DNA of 64,000 nucleotides from Lama glama (Eukaryota): positions 65,286,001-65,350,000 of the forward strand of contig CM052838.1 in assembly GCA_028534125.1 (NCBI GenBank), given 5' to 3'. This document shows, piece by piece, positions 36,544 through 47,060 of this stretch (the first letter of the stretch is position 1; each line of letters starts with the position of its first letter). The notes beneath the pieces were generated by a model. It was not told where the DNA came from and ran no database searches. It worked only from the letters and a program-made list of their open reading frames with translations. The position numbers were made by a program, and so were the translations under genes.

Positions 36544-39247
36544 AGCATGAGACACCCAGAGGTGACAAATGTGCCCAGACTGGCGTGGCAGGAAGACACT
36601 GCCCGGTGTGGGCGGAGGATGGGCCGTGTGCTGGCGACTCTGCGGGGTCCTTCTAAATCAGGTACTTTTCTACCTGCGCTAGTAGAGGTGGGCTGACCAG
36701 GTAACCGAGCACAAGCTTCCATAACCAGAAAGGTGGATGGTGGCCCCAGTACTTCTAGGGACAGTGTCCCTGGGAGCGGGCCAGCTTGGGGCAGGCCCCC
36801 TTCACAGGCACTGGTGTGACTTTGGGGTCAGAGGAGGCCCTTGGTGGCGGCGGGGAAAGGTGAGGCATCGGGGACACAGGGCTGGGGCTGCAGTGTGGGC
36901 TGGAGAGACGGGCTCTGCTGGGTGGCTCAGGGCCTGGGGATACCCGCCTGTCTGCTCAGTCTCCTCCCGGGTCCGGCCCGTTGCTGCCTGGAGGCCCAGG
37001 GCTCCTTCCTCTCTCAGGTTCAGCGTAGCCCCGGCCACTCCCACACGTTGCCGAGGACGAGGGCTGAGCTCGCCCCACCCCAAGAGTGGCCCCTGTGGGC
37101 CTGCAGAGGGCGTCCTGCTGTGCATGGCCGGCTCAGTGCCTCAGTGCCAAACGTCCAGTCTAGCAGGCCCAGCGGGAGAAGTCAGCGCCTCCTGTCCCAG
37201 AGACAGCTTGCTGTGCTGCCCCTGCCCCACGGCTCCAGCGGCCAGCACAATGTGCAGCCCCAACATGGGCACCGAGGCCATGAGTTAGCCAGACATTTAG
37301 CAAGAAAATCACCATGTTCTAGAGAAAAGGACAGATTTCAGACTTCAGTCTTTCCAGGAGAGGAAAGGTGGCAATGACACCGCATTAAGTAAGAGGTCAG
37401 AAACACAAGGCGCCCACGTCCCTCCCCGTGGAGGGAGCTCCTCACGCAGCGCTGACTGGACGGGGCCGAGGGAGCGACGCTGCAGGCCTGCGGGCTCCGG
37501 CCAGGGCAGCAGGAGAAGGGAGCCATGCGGAGAGCCCGGGCCTGGCCGCCCTTGTGGGCTCCCTGGCCTGCGGTCCACGCTGGGCAGCTCACAGAGCCGG
37601 ACCTGTGGTTTTGAGCACAACCCTCCCCACTTCCTGAGACACCAGCAGGGGCGGCCGCAAGATGGGACCCAGACAGCAGAGGGCGCACCGGCGGTCAGGG
37701 ACACCGCCTGGCGAAGACGCAGAGGGCACGGGGACCCCAGGTGTGGCTGCAGCATCTCGAGAGCAGTGGGGTGAGCCGCCAGGCCAGGGCTGGGCAGGTG
37801 GACATGGCTCCAGACCTGGAGAAGCCACCACGGGCGAGAACCACCCCCCGAGGGCAGTGGCCCCGGCCACGTGCCCCTGCTCAGAGTCCTGGCCAGCCCC
37901 AGTCCCCAGGAGAGCCTCAAGTCCACCCAGATAACTCTGCCCTCCGGCAACTGGGGGCTCCTCGAGGGACCCAGGGCCACTGCCCAACCAGAACACCCAG
38001 GCCCAGTCTACCCCGCCCACCCGCTGGGGCTGGAAGCACATGGCTGTGCCAGAGACCCGTATACACCTTCCCCTGCGTTCTGTGCCCCCAGGATTACAAA
38101 GCGCAGAGAAGGAGCAGGTCAATCGGCCCGAGCAGCCCCGAGCGTCACGGCTCCGCCAGGAGCCTAAGTCCTGCACAAAGGAAACACGTCTGCACCGGGC
38201 CCCTGCCGCACAGCCACACGGGCACGGCCACAGACTCCTCCTGGTGGGTGTGGATAAATATTTTTTAAAAAGGGCTTTAAGACTATGCTTCCTGAAGGCC
38301 TTTATTTTGCAGAGCTGACCATGAGAAGCTAGGAGAACAGGTCATCTTAATTCCACCGCCGGACCATGACGGGAGGGAGGCTTAATTCTATTCCCCAAGG
38401 GTCATGGCGCCAGTGCCAACCCCCTGCACTACCCACGGCCTCAGGGGAGCCCACCCAGGCCCCCTCTGCAGACGCGGGCTCGGCTCAGGGTCAGTGGCCT
38501 GAGCCCGCTGGTCACGGGCCGGTTTCCTCGACCAGCTCAGCACCTAGCCCAAAGCCCAGGCGGAGCTCTGCCCCCTCCAAGGAGGCTGCAGCCATGACCC
38601 CAGAGGGCTTCTCACCCAAACTCAGGGCCTCCCCTAAGCCGACCACCCAGGGAAAAAGCCAGTGGCACAGGCAGCTCTCTGACGGCCTTGTTTCCAGGGG
38701 GACTAACAAATGGTCCCTGCGTCCCGGTCCCCGTCTCTGCGCCGCCCAGACACAGGGGCCCCGGCACCAGCACACCCGGCCTGCACGGGTGGCTGCACAA
38801 GATGGGACGGGCCACAGGCTCACGGGGAACGGGGGTGGAGGAGAAAGGGGCCGGTGTTCCCCACGCACCCGGGCGAAGGCAGGAGAGAAACCAAACGCTG
38901 GCTCTTGTGCTGTGTCCCCAAGATCCCAAGCGAAAAAGGCTGGGTAACATTTGAACGCTCTTCCCCCAAAATAGAATGATGGTCTGCCCTTCACGTGCCT
39001 GCCCAGCCTCCTTTCCGAGGCGAGGACCGGGACGCCCCCCACCCCGACCGTCGCCAGAGTCCAGCACCGGGCAGCGCCCCGCGGGAGGGGGGCCCGGCCC
39101 AGCAAGCTCCCGGGATCTCAAGGCAGAAGGCGGTCCTCTCGTCAGCCAGGGCTTCTCTCAAAACGGACAAAAATCTGCCCGACGAGAAAGCAAGAGAGAA
39201 GATGGGCCCTGGGGAGTAAAAATAGACGGTCTGCAGTCATGAGTCAC

Positions 39248-39263
39248 CGGTCTCGTGACCCAT
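39248..39263 (-). CDS. Candidate alternative first coding exon portion of STK32C (MGHET, phase-1 donor)
   Basis: ctcATGGGTCACGAGACCG|gtgact at the end of a CpG-rich patch; phase fits the expected exon 2. Confidence 0.35.
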
Positions 39264-40689
39264 GAGGACGCGGGCGCCGCGGGCGCCGCGGGCCTGGAGG
39301 GGCAGCCGGGCTCCTGACGTCTCGGGGTCGGCGGGCGGAGAAGCCGCGTGGCCAGAGAGCAAGCCCCGGGCCAGGCTGGACCCAGAGCCCAGGCCGGGCC
39401 TGCCTCGGCCAGAGTCCCCATCTCGGGAGAGCCCCGTTCCCAAAGCTGTTGTGATGAACAAACGTCACAAGTTGTGGGAATTCACTCAGAAGGTGCTTAA
39501 ATTTCCTCATACATCCCGTGACCCAGAAAACTCTCCAGGAAAATCGTTCAGTCTGACCAAGGCCCCCCAGAGCAGGGCGGCCCCAGAGCAGCTCCCGTGG
39601 GCCCTGCAGGCCCAGCACAGGACCGGTCTGTGGACACGGACACCTGCATGCGGGGAGCAGCCAGCAGGCAGTCACCTCAGACGCAGCGGGGCCCTGATCG
39701 GGTGCCCCTGCTTGTCTGCAGGACCAAGACCCCACAGGCCAAGGGCCCCGCGGTCGTTATCGCCTTTAGTTCTCAGAACAGCTGGGTGATGAGGGCAGGT
39801 GTTCTGTCTGCAGGCGGGAAACAGCTGGGGAGGGTTCTGGGCACCTCCTCCCCCAAAGGGGCCTGCCCTTCCCTCCACCTGAGACACTCCCCCACCCACT
39901 CCCGCATTCACTCCCGCCTGGCCACCTGCACACCTTCATGTCCTTCTCTGGGAAGCCTTCACAGGCCCCTCTGAGAGCTCACCACCCACCAGGGCCCCCG
40001 AGCCCGTCCGTGGGGCGCCCAGAGCAGCCCTGTGCCTCCCACCACTGCAGCCCTTCCCAGCTGTCCTTTCTGAGAAACAGACACTGCCAGGATGTGGTAG
40101 CAGCCAAGAGACAGAGCTGGAGCCTCTGGGGACCCTGAGTCTGGAGCGATCTGGCCCCTGGTGCCTAGAGTACACCCGGAGCCCTGGCTGCGACCAGAGA
40201 CCAGAAGCCAGCAGGTGCCGCACCGGCCCGCCCAGGCTGGACTCGGGGTGGGGCTGGGGGGCTCCGGGAGACCTCCCCACAGCCACGTCCAGAAAAAGCT
40301 TCCGCCCATAACTCACCCTTGGTGCTAGCACTGTTTATCCTGGCCCCTGTCCGGTCTAAAATAGTCTGGAATCGTGTTCCAGTGCTTCATATCCACATCC
40401 CCAGACGGCACTGGAACTTTCATAAATTAGTGATTAAGGCAACAGCCAGATCAATAAAGCATCTCCGGCCGGCTGGGCCCAGCTCCTCCGGGCCTGCAGG
40501 GAGGTCGCCAGGACGGAACAGGGAGCAGGGCGTCGCTCCGAGGCAGCGGCCCCTGCCACCTGCCTGGGTTGGGGCAGGGGTGCCTCCCCCTGGGCCACCC
40601 AGAGGGTCCTGCTGCCCAAGGCCCACAGCTGGCTGCCTCCCACCACCGGGGTGCTCAGCCCTGCCAGTACCACCAGCAGGACAGACCCC

Positions 40690-40970
40690 CACGCCATCTA
40701 TGCCACAGCACGTGTCAAAATTCAGTTCCTTCTCAAGGATGAACAATATTCCACAGTACAGACAGACCACAGGTCGCGCATCGGTCCATCCACGGCTGAC
40801 AGTGCATTGTGTTCACGTTTCAGCTGCTGTGAGCACGTGTGCCCGTATTTTCTCAGGACCCTGCATTCAGCTCCTTTGGATAAACACCCAGAAGCAGGTC
40901 TGCGGGATCAAATGACGGTTCAGTTTCTAAGGAACCATCACACCGCTCCTCCGCGCCCTCACCAGCACAT
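40690..40970 (-). mobile_element. L1MB-like 3' fragment, antisense
   Basis: gaacaatattccacagtacag...ctcctttggataaacacccagaagc...gtttctaaggaaccatcacacc. Confidence 0.7.
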
Positions 40971-43569
40971 GTGGTTTTCTGGGTTTATCTGAGGCCGGCT
41001 CTGGGGGACCCAGGTGTCAGGGGGACCCGGGTGTCAGGGGGACCTGGGTGGCGGGGGGGGGCACACACAGCCTGACTGGAAGGGGTGTGTGTGCACATTT
41101 GTGTGCGCACGTGTGTGCACGTTGACACACACATGCACGGGTGTGTGCGGAAACAGATGGCTGGCCCAGGCCTGGCAGCCCCTCACCCACCTGAGGTCCA
41201 GGCCCCCAGAGACCCCCACACCCTGAGAGCCCAGAGAAGCCAGCAGTGGGGGCTGGGGCTGGGCCGCCTGTAGCTCTGCTTGGACCAGATGCCGCTTTTA
41301 CCCCCTTTTCCCCAAGCGGGGCCCAGACTGCGGGCTGGGAGACCATCCTTACCCAACGTGGGCACCTCCTCTGCAGCCTCCCCAGACGCCCCGGCCAGGC
41401 GGGAACACTGCCCCGCGCGTCCTGTCCTCTGCCAGGGGAGGGGGATGTGACTAACCGTGGGGGGACACACACAGGACGGCAGGGCTCCCCCTGCAGTTTG
41501 CCCGCAGAACGCCCACTGCAGACCTCCGGGACGGGGCTGCGAAGCAGGTGGCGTCAGTGGGGGAGGGGGATCCCCCCGGCCTTACGGGATCCATCAGCCT
41601 TCACGCGGTGACCGGTTAACTATTAAGCCTGCCCCACCGCAGTCTCGGCCGTTGCCATGGTTTCCTGTTTCTGGACAAGGGTAGAGCCCAGGTCACCGAG
41701 GCCCAGAGCCACACACGTCACATCACAAATGGCATTAAGTTTAATTCAGGAGAGAAAAATTACAGGCAGAGCTCGGCTCTCAGGAAAGAGAAGGTCACAA
41801 GGCTGGGGCTCCTGCGTCAGAGCTGCCCCCAGAGGGGTTTCACGGAGGGCAGGTCATCATGCTCCGCATCACTGATCCGGCCCCCAGCAGCTGATGGGAC
41901 CTGGCCTGCTGAGCCGGACAGAGACACAGCAAAGGCCCACCGGAAAGGCCGGCCGGGGCGGGGGTGACAGCAGCTTCCGAACAGGCGGCCGGCTCAGTAG
42001 ACAGATGTGTGTCAGCGAGATGGACCCCTCTCTGCTCACGGCCCAGCCAGCGCCCCTCGGCCTGGCCCCTCCCATGCACCGCAGAACCAAGCCCCAGCCC
42101 CGCCGCACACGCACAGGCTCCCACACCACGACACGCCGGGGCCGAGCCTTCCCAGAGCAAGAGGTCCCACTGGCTGTCTGTGAGCACAGGGCCCAGCACG
42201 AGGGCCAGCGCGGACCCCTCTCAGGAAGCTGGGCCCCCAGCTGGCTGGTGCTGGTCCCCAGCCCTCCCCTGAGGGACGGTATCACTCCAGGCCCAGGTCC
42301 ACTGAGGCTCAGGCTGACAGGCGCCATCAGGAGGAAGCTCTGCTCCTCACGCGGGCACCCAGCTGGGCAGTCTGCACACAGCTCTCCTGGCCAGGGTGGC
42401 CACAGGGCACCATTCATCCAGGGCCTTTTTAATCAGAGGACAGGACATGTGGGATCTGTCATCACGTGGGGAAGGAGGGCGGGGAATGGGAGAAACAAGG
42501 CCTGTTGAAGTGCTCTGCACACCACGGCAGCCCTCGTGGGCTCCCTGCGTGGCCAAGACCCAGAACCAGGATGCTCAGAGGACAGGCTGAGCCCCTTCCC
42601 CTTCCAGACCCCCAGCTGCAGGGCCTTCCCTCTAGACCCCACCAGGAGGCTCAAGCTGGGCCCCTGTCTCCTCTGCCTGTAGGGGTGGGTACAGCGGTCA
42701 GGCCGGCTTCCGCCCCTCAGGGGACTCGTGCCCACACCCTGAGCCACGGTCACTGCATCCCCTGGGAGCCAGCAGCCAGCCCAGCATCCCCGCGTCACTC
42801 CAAAAGCCCCGATGTGAGGCTAGCTGGCCCTGGACAACCCCCGGGGAAGTAACCTGCCCCTCTCTGCCCTCCGCAGCCCGCACTGGCCCCACATCCGAGG
42901 CTGGAGCCGGGCTGCACAAAGTGGTTGCTGGCATTTCCTGCAGGTCCAGGCTTCGTCAAAAGGAAGTAGAAACAGGAGGGGCCCAGGGGAATCGCACACA
43001 AGCTCCCTGCCTGGGCCCCCAGCTTGTCCGATCCACACGGAGGTACAGGTCGGTCCACACCATGCCTGCAGCACCCGGAGCCTCTGACACGGGAAAAAGG
43101 AAGTAGGTCCAGGGTCCCGGTGCCCAGTTCTGTTCCAGCAAATCAACCCCACGCAGGTGCACCCGACACCCCCACCCCGAGGATGGAACACAGCGAGGCC
43201 CAGGAACACCCACCGTTTGGGCGTGCATTTGTGGGAAAGGCTTTTAAAACTTAAGGGAATCGTGGCCCCCAGACCCGGCTGGTGGCTGCCTGGAGCAGAG
43301 CACAGCGGCGGGGTCGCTGGTCAAGTCCCAGCTCAGGCTGCACGGGTCCACGCCGAGATGAGACCATGAACAGAGGGAGACATCACGGGCACACAGGGCC
43401 GAGGTGGTGCCGGACTCAGAGCCGGGTGCGGCCGCAGACGTGGGCGCGGGGCCAGAGGAAGCAGGCGGGGTGAGGGAGGGAGGAGAGGGAGCAGGTACCC
43501 GGTTCGGGGACCTGGAGGTGCTCCTGTGACACTTGGACCCGAGGAGGTGACGTGAACTAGCCCGGAAGT

Positions 43570-43920
43570 GGAAAGGACTCCAGTGCCCATCAGCTCAGGA
43601 TGGAGGCACGCGAGGTGGTCTGTCCACACCCGGGATATCACTCAGCCATCAAAGGGGTGCAGCGCCAACCCTCGTCGGGGGGTGGATGGACCTGGAGGGC
43701 GTCACACTGAGCGAGAGCGGCAGAACACTGACAGCGCGGTGCTCAGGTCACGTGCTGGGCCGTCCAGCTCAGGAAGCAGACGGCGGCTGCCCGGGAGGGC
43801 GTGGCTGCTGCCCGTGTGGGATCCTCCGGGGCAATGACGATGCCTTGGAACCAGACACCACACTGGAATGCACTTTAAAGTGGCGAATTTTACGTGAATT
43901 TCACCTCGATAAAAAAAAAT
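43570..43920 (+). mobile_element. L1MB-like 3' end fragment
   Basis: ggatggacctggagggcgtcacactgagcga...gcactttaaagtggcgaattttacgtgaatttcacctcgataaaaaaaa. Confidence 0.7.
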
Positions 43921-44339
43921 TCATTTTATTTAACAAGTGACTCCTGAGCGAATCAGGTCTGTGCGGGACACACGCGGGTTTCCTACTCGAGGTGATCGCG
44001 CGGGGTGGAGGCGCGGGCAGTACAGTCACCAACCTTGTTCCTTCTGGAAGGAAGAGGTAAGACTCACGTGTGCAGCCAAGGCAGCTTTGCTCTGACATTT
44101 ACTGATGCTAAATTCACAAAAACCCCAGCCTCATCCATCAAATCTCTATTTTATTTATATTCAGCCTAGTTTCAAAAAAGGACTGGAGGCAGCGACCCAT
44201 TTCCTGGACCCGTCTCTGCAGCAGAGCAGCGGGTTCTGTCTGGAAAGATGGGGGGGTGTGTGGAGGGGGCCAACAGGACAGCCGACCTCCCCCTCAATGG
44301 AGCCCGGCCCACGGAGCTGGCCCCCAGCCCTGCCTCCCA

Positions 44340-44382
44340 CCGCGGCCCCAGCTCTCCGCGGCCCCAGCTCTCCGCGGCCCCC
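44340..44382. repeat. 16-bp tandem repeat, ~2.6 copies
   Basis: ccgcggccccagctct repeated. Confidence 0.85.
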
Positions 44383-44499
44383 ACACCCGGTCACACCTGC
44401 CAGGCCCGTTTTGCTTCATCAAGATGTAAAACGTGTGCTCTCTAAAAGTCACTATCAAGGACATGAAAAATAAACCTGGGTTTGTAACCAGATTATGTA

Positions 44500-45290
44500 A
44501 GTAATAAAATGACAGAACACCCAGTTTAAAAACAGGCAGAGACATCGACAGACCGTTTACAGAGGAGGACGTACGCCAAGGCCAAGGGGCACCGGAAACC
44601 ACGTGGGACGTCCTCAGACACCAGGCGAGGCACCACGGCCCCCACCTGGTGGCCGGTGGGGGGCGGACAGCACCGTGCCCGCCGGACGGGGAACAGTCCA
44701 CCCAACACGTGCTGGTGGGAACAGAACACGTCGCTTTGGAAAACTCGTTGGCAGCCTCTTACAAAGACACACACAGCCCGACGGTGCCACCAGGAAGTCA
44801 GTCCCTAGACACTCACCCCAGAGAAACCAAACAGACGTCTACACAGGAATGTTCTTTGCAACCTTGTTCCTAATAGCCACATCCTGCAACCAACCCAAAC
44901 GTCCACCTGCAGGAGAGTGGACGAAGAGGCTGAGCTGTGCCCGTACAGAACAGGGCTCGGCGATTTTCTTCTAAGAAAGAACAAACTACTGATACGTAAC
45001 AAGGAGGATGGGTCCCCAAAACACTGCACTGAAGCCAGGTTGAAAGGCGCACACAGTGTGACTCTGACTGCGGACGCTCGGGCAGGCACGACTAGTCCCT
45101 AGTGGCAGGAACAGCGTCAGGGCTCACCTCCGGGCGCGGGGAGGGGCCGCCTGCAACAGCGGGGGGGCCCCCAGGCGGGTGGAGATGTTCTGTACCTGGG
45201 CGGGGTCTTGGCTACACGGGTGGACGCGTTTGTCAAAACTCATCAGCGATACGCACTTCAGCACAATTTTCACTCAGTGAAAATACACAG
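44500..45290 (+). mobile_element. Old L1 (L1MC/ME-like) 3' region
   Basis: gctggtgggaacag...ctttggaaaactcgttggcag...aatgttctttgcaaccttgttcctaatagcc...caacccaaacgtccacc. Confidence 0.8.
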
Positions 45291-45384
45291 AACACGTATT
45301 ATGAGCATTTCGTGGGGGGGGGGGTTTGAGGCATCCAATCTGCTCTGTTGCAGGAGAGAGTTGTTCACTGCCTGAGAGCAGGAG

Positions 45385-45465
45385 TCTAAGGACCAGAGAG
45401 GTTCAGTGATCTGCCCGTGTCACAGGGCCAACAAGCGGGGCGTCCGGGTCAGAACCCAAGTCTCA
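45385..45465 (+). mobile_element. MIR core fragment
   Basis: agagaggttcagtgatctgcccgtgtcacag...gtcagaacccaagtct. Confidence 0.55.
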
Positions 45466-46989
45466 GGGTGGAGGGCGGTGCTGCAAAGGGGGGCGAGTTC
45501 ACAGTGGGGCTGGGGAGCTGGCTAGAAGTGCTTCTGGGGGACAAGGGTGCCTGCAGTGGGCTCGGCTGATGGGAAGGGGCTCCAAGGAGCACAGGACATC
45601 GCCTGAGCTCACGGCATGTGAGCAGCCTGGGGGCCTGGGCTTCACGGGGAGAGGGGCTGTGGGCACAGGCCGGGGGCACCCGCTGTCTGCCAGGCACCAG
45701 TGAGCCCCGGGAGCGGGCGGCTGGGCGGGAGGCTCTATCCAGCCCCGCCACCGGGGAGCAGCCACAGCTGCCGTCCCGCCCTCACAGGAGCAGGCTGACT
45801 TTGAGACTGCTCGGCCAGCAGCATCCTGGGTGACCCCATGCAGCCCAGGACTCAGCTCAGGACCAGCCTGGGCCCCATGGGATCCCACATGCTGTGCCCA
45901 CCGATGTCGCACACTTGGGGCTTCCCAGCCCAGCTCCAGGCCTCCCTGGTCCCCTTATCCCCGACGTGGCATCTCTGGCCGGTGACTCATGTGCCCTGGG
46001 GTCAGTTTGGCCAGAGCAAACTAGGTGAACCAGGGGACCGCGCCCCTCCAGAAGCAGAGCGCTCGGTGAGGGCGCTGGTCTCCTGTGGGGTCCCCTGTAA
46101 CCTGGCCCAAATGGGAGGCGTTTGGCCGGGACAGAAGTCACTTTTCCTCTGGAGCTCAGTGACACACCTCAGATCACACCTGTGTGCGCGTGTGCCTGTG
46201 GGTGCTGCTCTCTGCACGGGTCTGCATGCACGCGTGTGTCTGTGGTGTGCCTACACAGCTGGGGGCACAGAGGTCCGGCACAAGGCCTCCTCGAGCGGCT
46301 GTGCTGAGCGCCAGCCCCGGGTCTGACAGACACATCCTGCCCGGAGCCTGCATGCTGCCCTGGGGTCCGGGCAACTTCCAAGCTGTGGGAAAGAGATGCA
46401 GCCGAGCTGCGTCCTCCCCAGGGACCTCGGGCATCCTCGGAGGCGCTGCGGGAGGGGCGGTGGTGCTGGGAAAAGCGTGTTGAGGCGAGAATGGGGCCTC
46501 GTGGCCGTGTACCGCCCCCTGCCCTGCCGGGAGCCGCCTCCTCCCGCGCCTCCTCCGGCCCCGGCTGCTGGGCCTCAGGCTGGCTGACGGGTGGGTTTAT
46601 CCCCTGAGGCGCAGAGGCCACTGGCTGAGCCGACAAGAGCGGACAGTCTCACTCCTGCCCGTCTGCTCAAGAAGCAGCAGGACCGCAGGCGGCCGCCGTG
46701 CCCCATCACCCGGGAGCGCCCTGGCCCACCGCGCAGAGCCCCGCACCCTTACCTAAGCCTCACCGAGTCAGTCAGGCCCTCCAACAGCTTTCGAGCAAAC
46801 AGGTGGGATTTTCGAAGGTGCATCTATGGTCACTAAATGGCCTCACCCCGAGGGTAGCCTCCAATCAAAAGAGGAAGCTCTTTGTCCCAAAAGGTGCTCT
46901 GAGGTTCGCCTCTGAGTCCCTGGCAGATCCAGGTTGGGGTGACTGCGGTGCTGCCTGGGGACTCAGACAAGTACCCCTGCAGCACCAAG

Positions 46990-47060
46990 CCCAGTCCTCA
47001 GCACCCAACAGGGGCTTGTTGAAAGACTGAGTGAGTGAGTAAGCGAATGAATGAACGAGC
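46990..47060 (+). mobile_element. L2 3' tail fragment
   Basis: gcacccaacagg...ttgttgaaagactgagtgagtgag...gaatgaatgaa. Confidence 0.5.

Noticed and set aside
35953-36722. Long ORFs of 170-243 aa
   Set aside because: Artefacts of the N gap.
41084-41150. Alternating purine-pyrimidine tract with Z-DNA potential (also ~13250 and ~50905)
   Set aside because: Short, interrupted and commonplace in mammalian introns.
44638-44656. CTCF-like motifs (also ~32050, ~40203 and ~53402)
   Set aside because: Each has core mismatches, and such matches are frequent in GC-rich DNA; unsupported without ChIP data.
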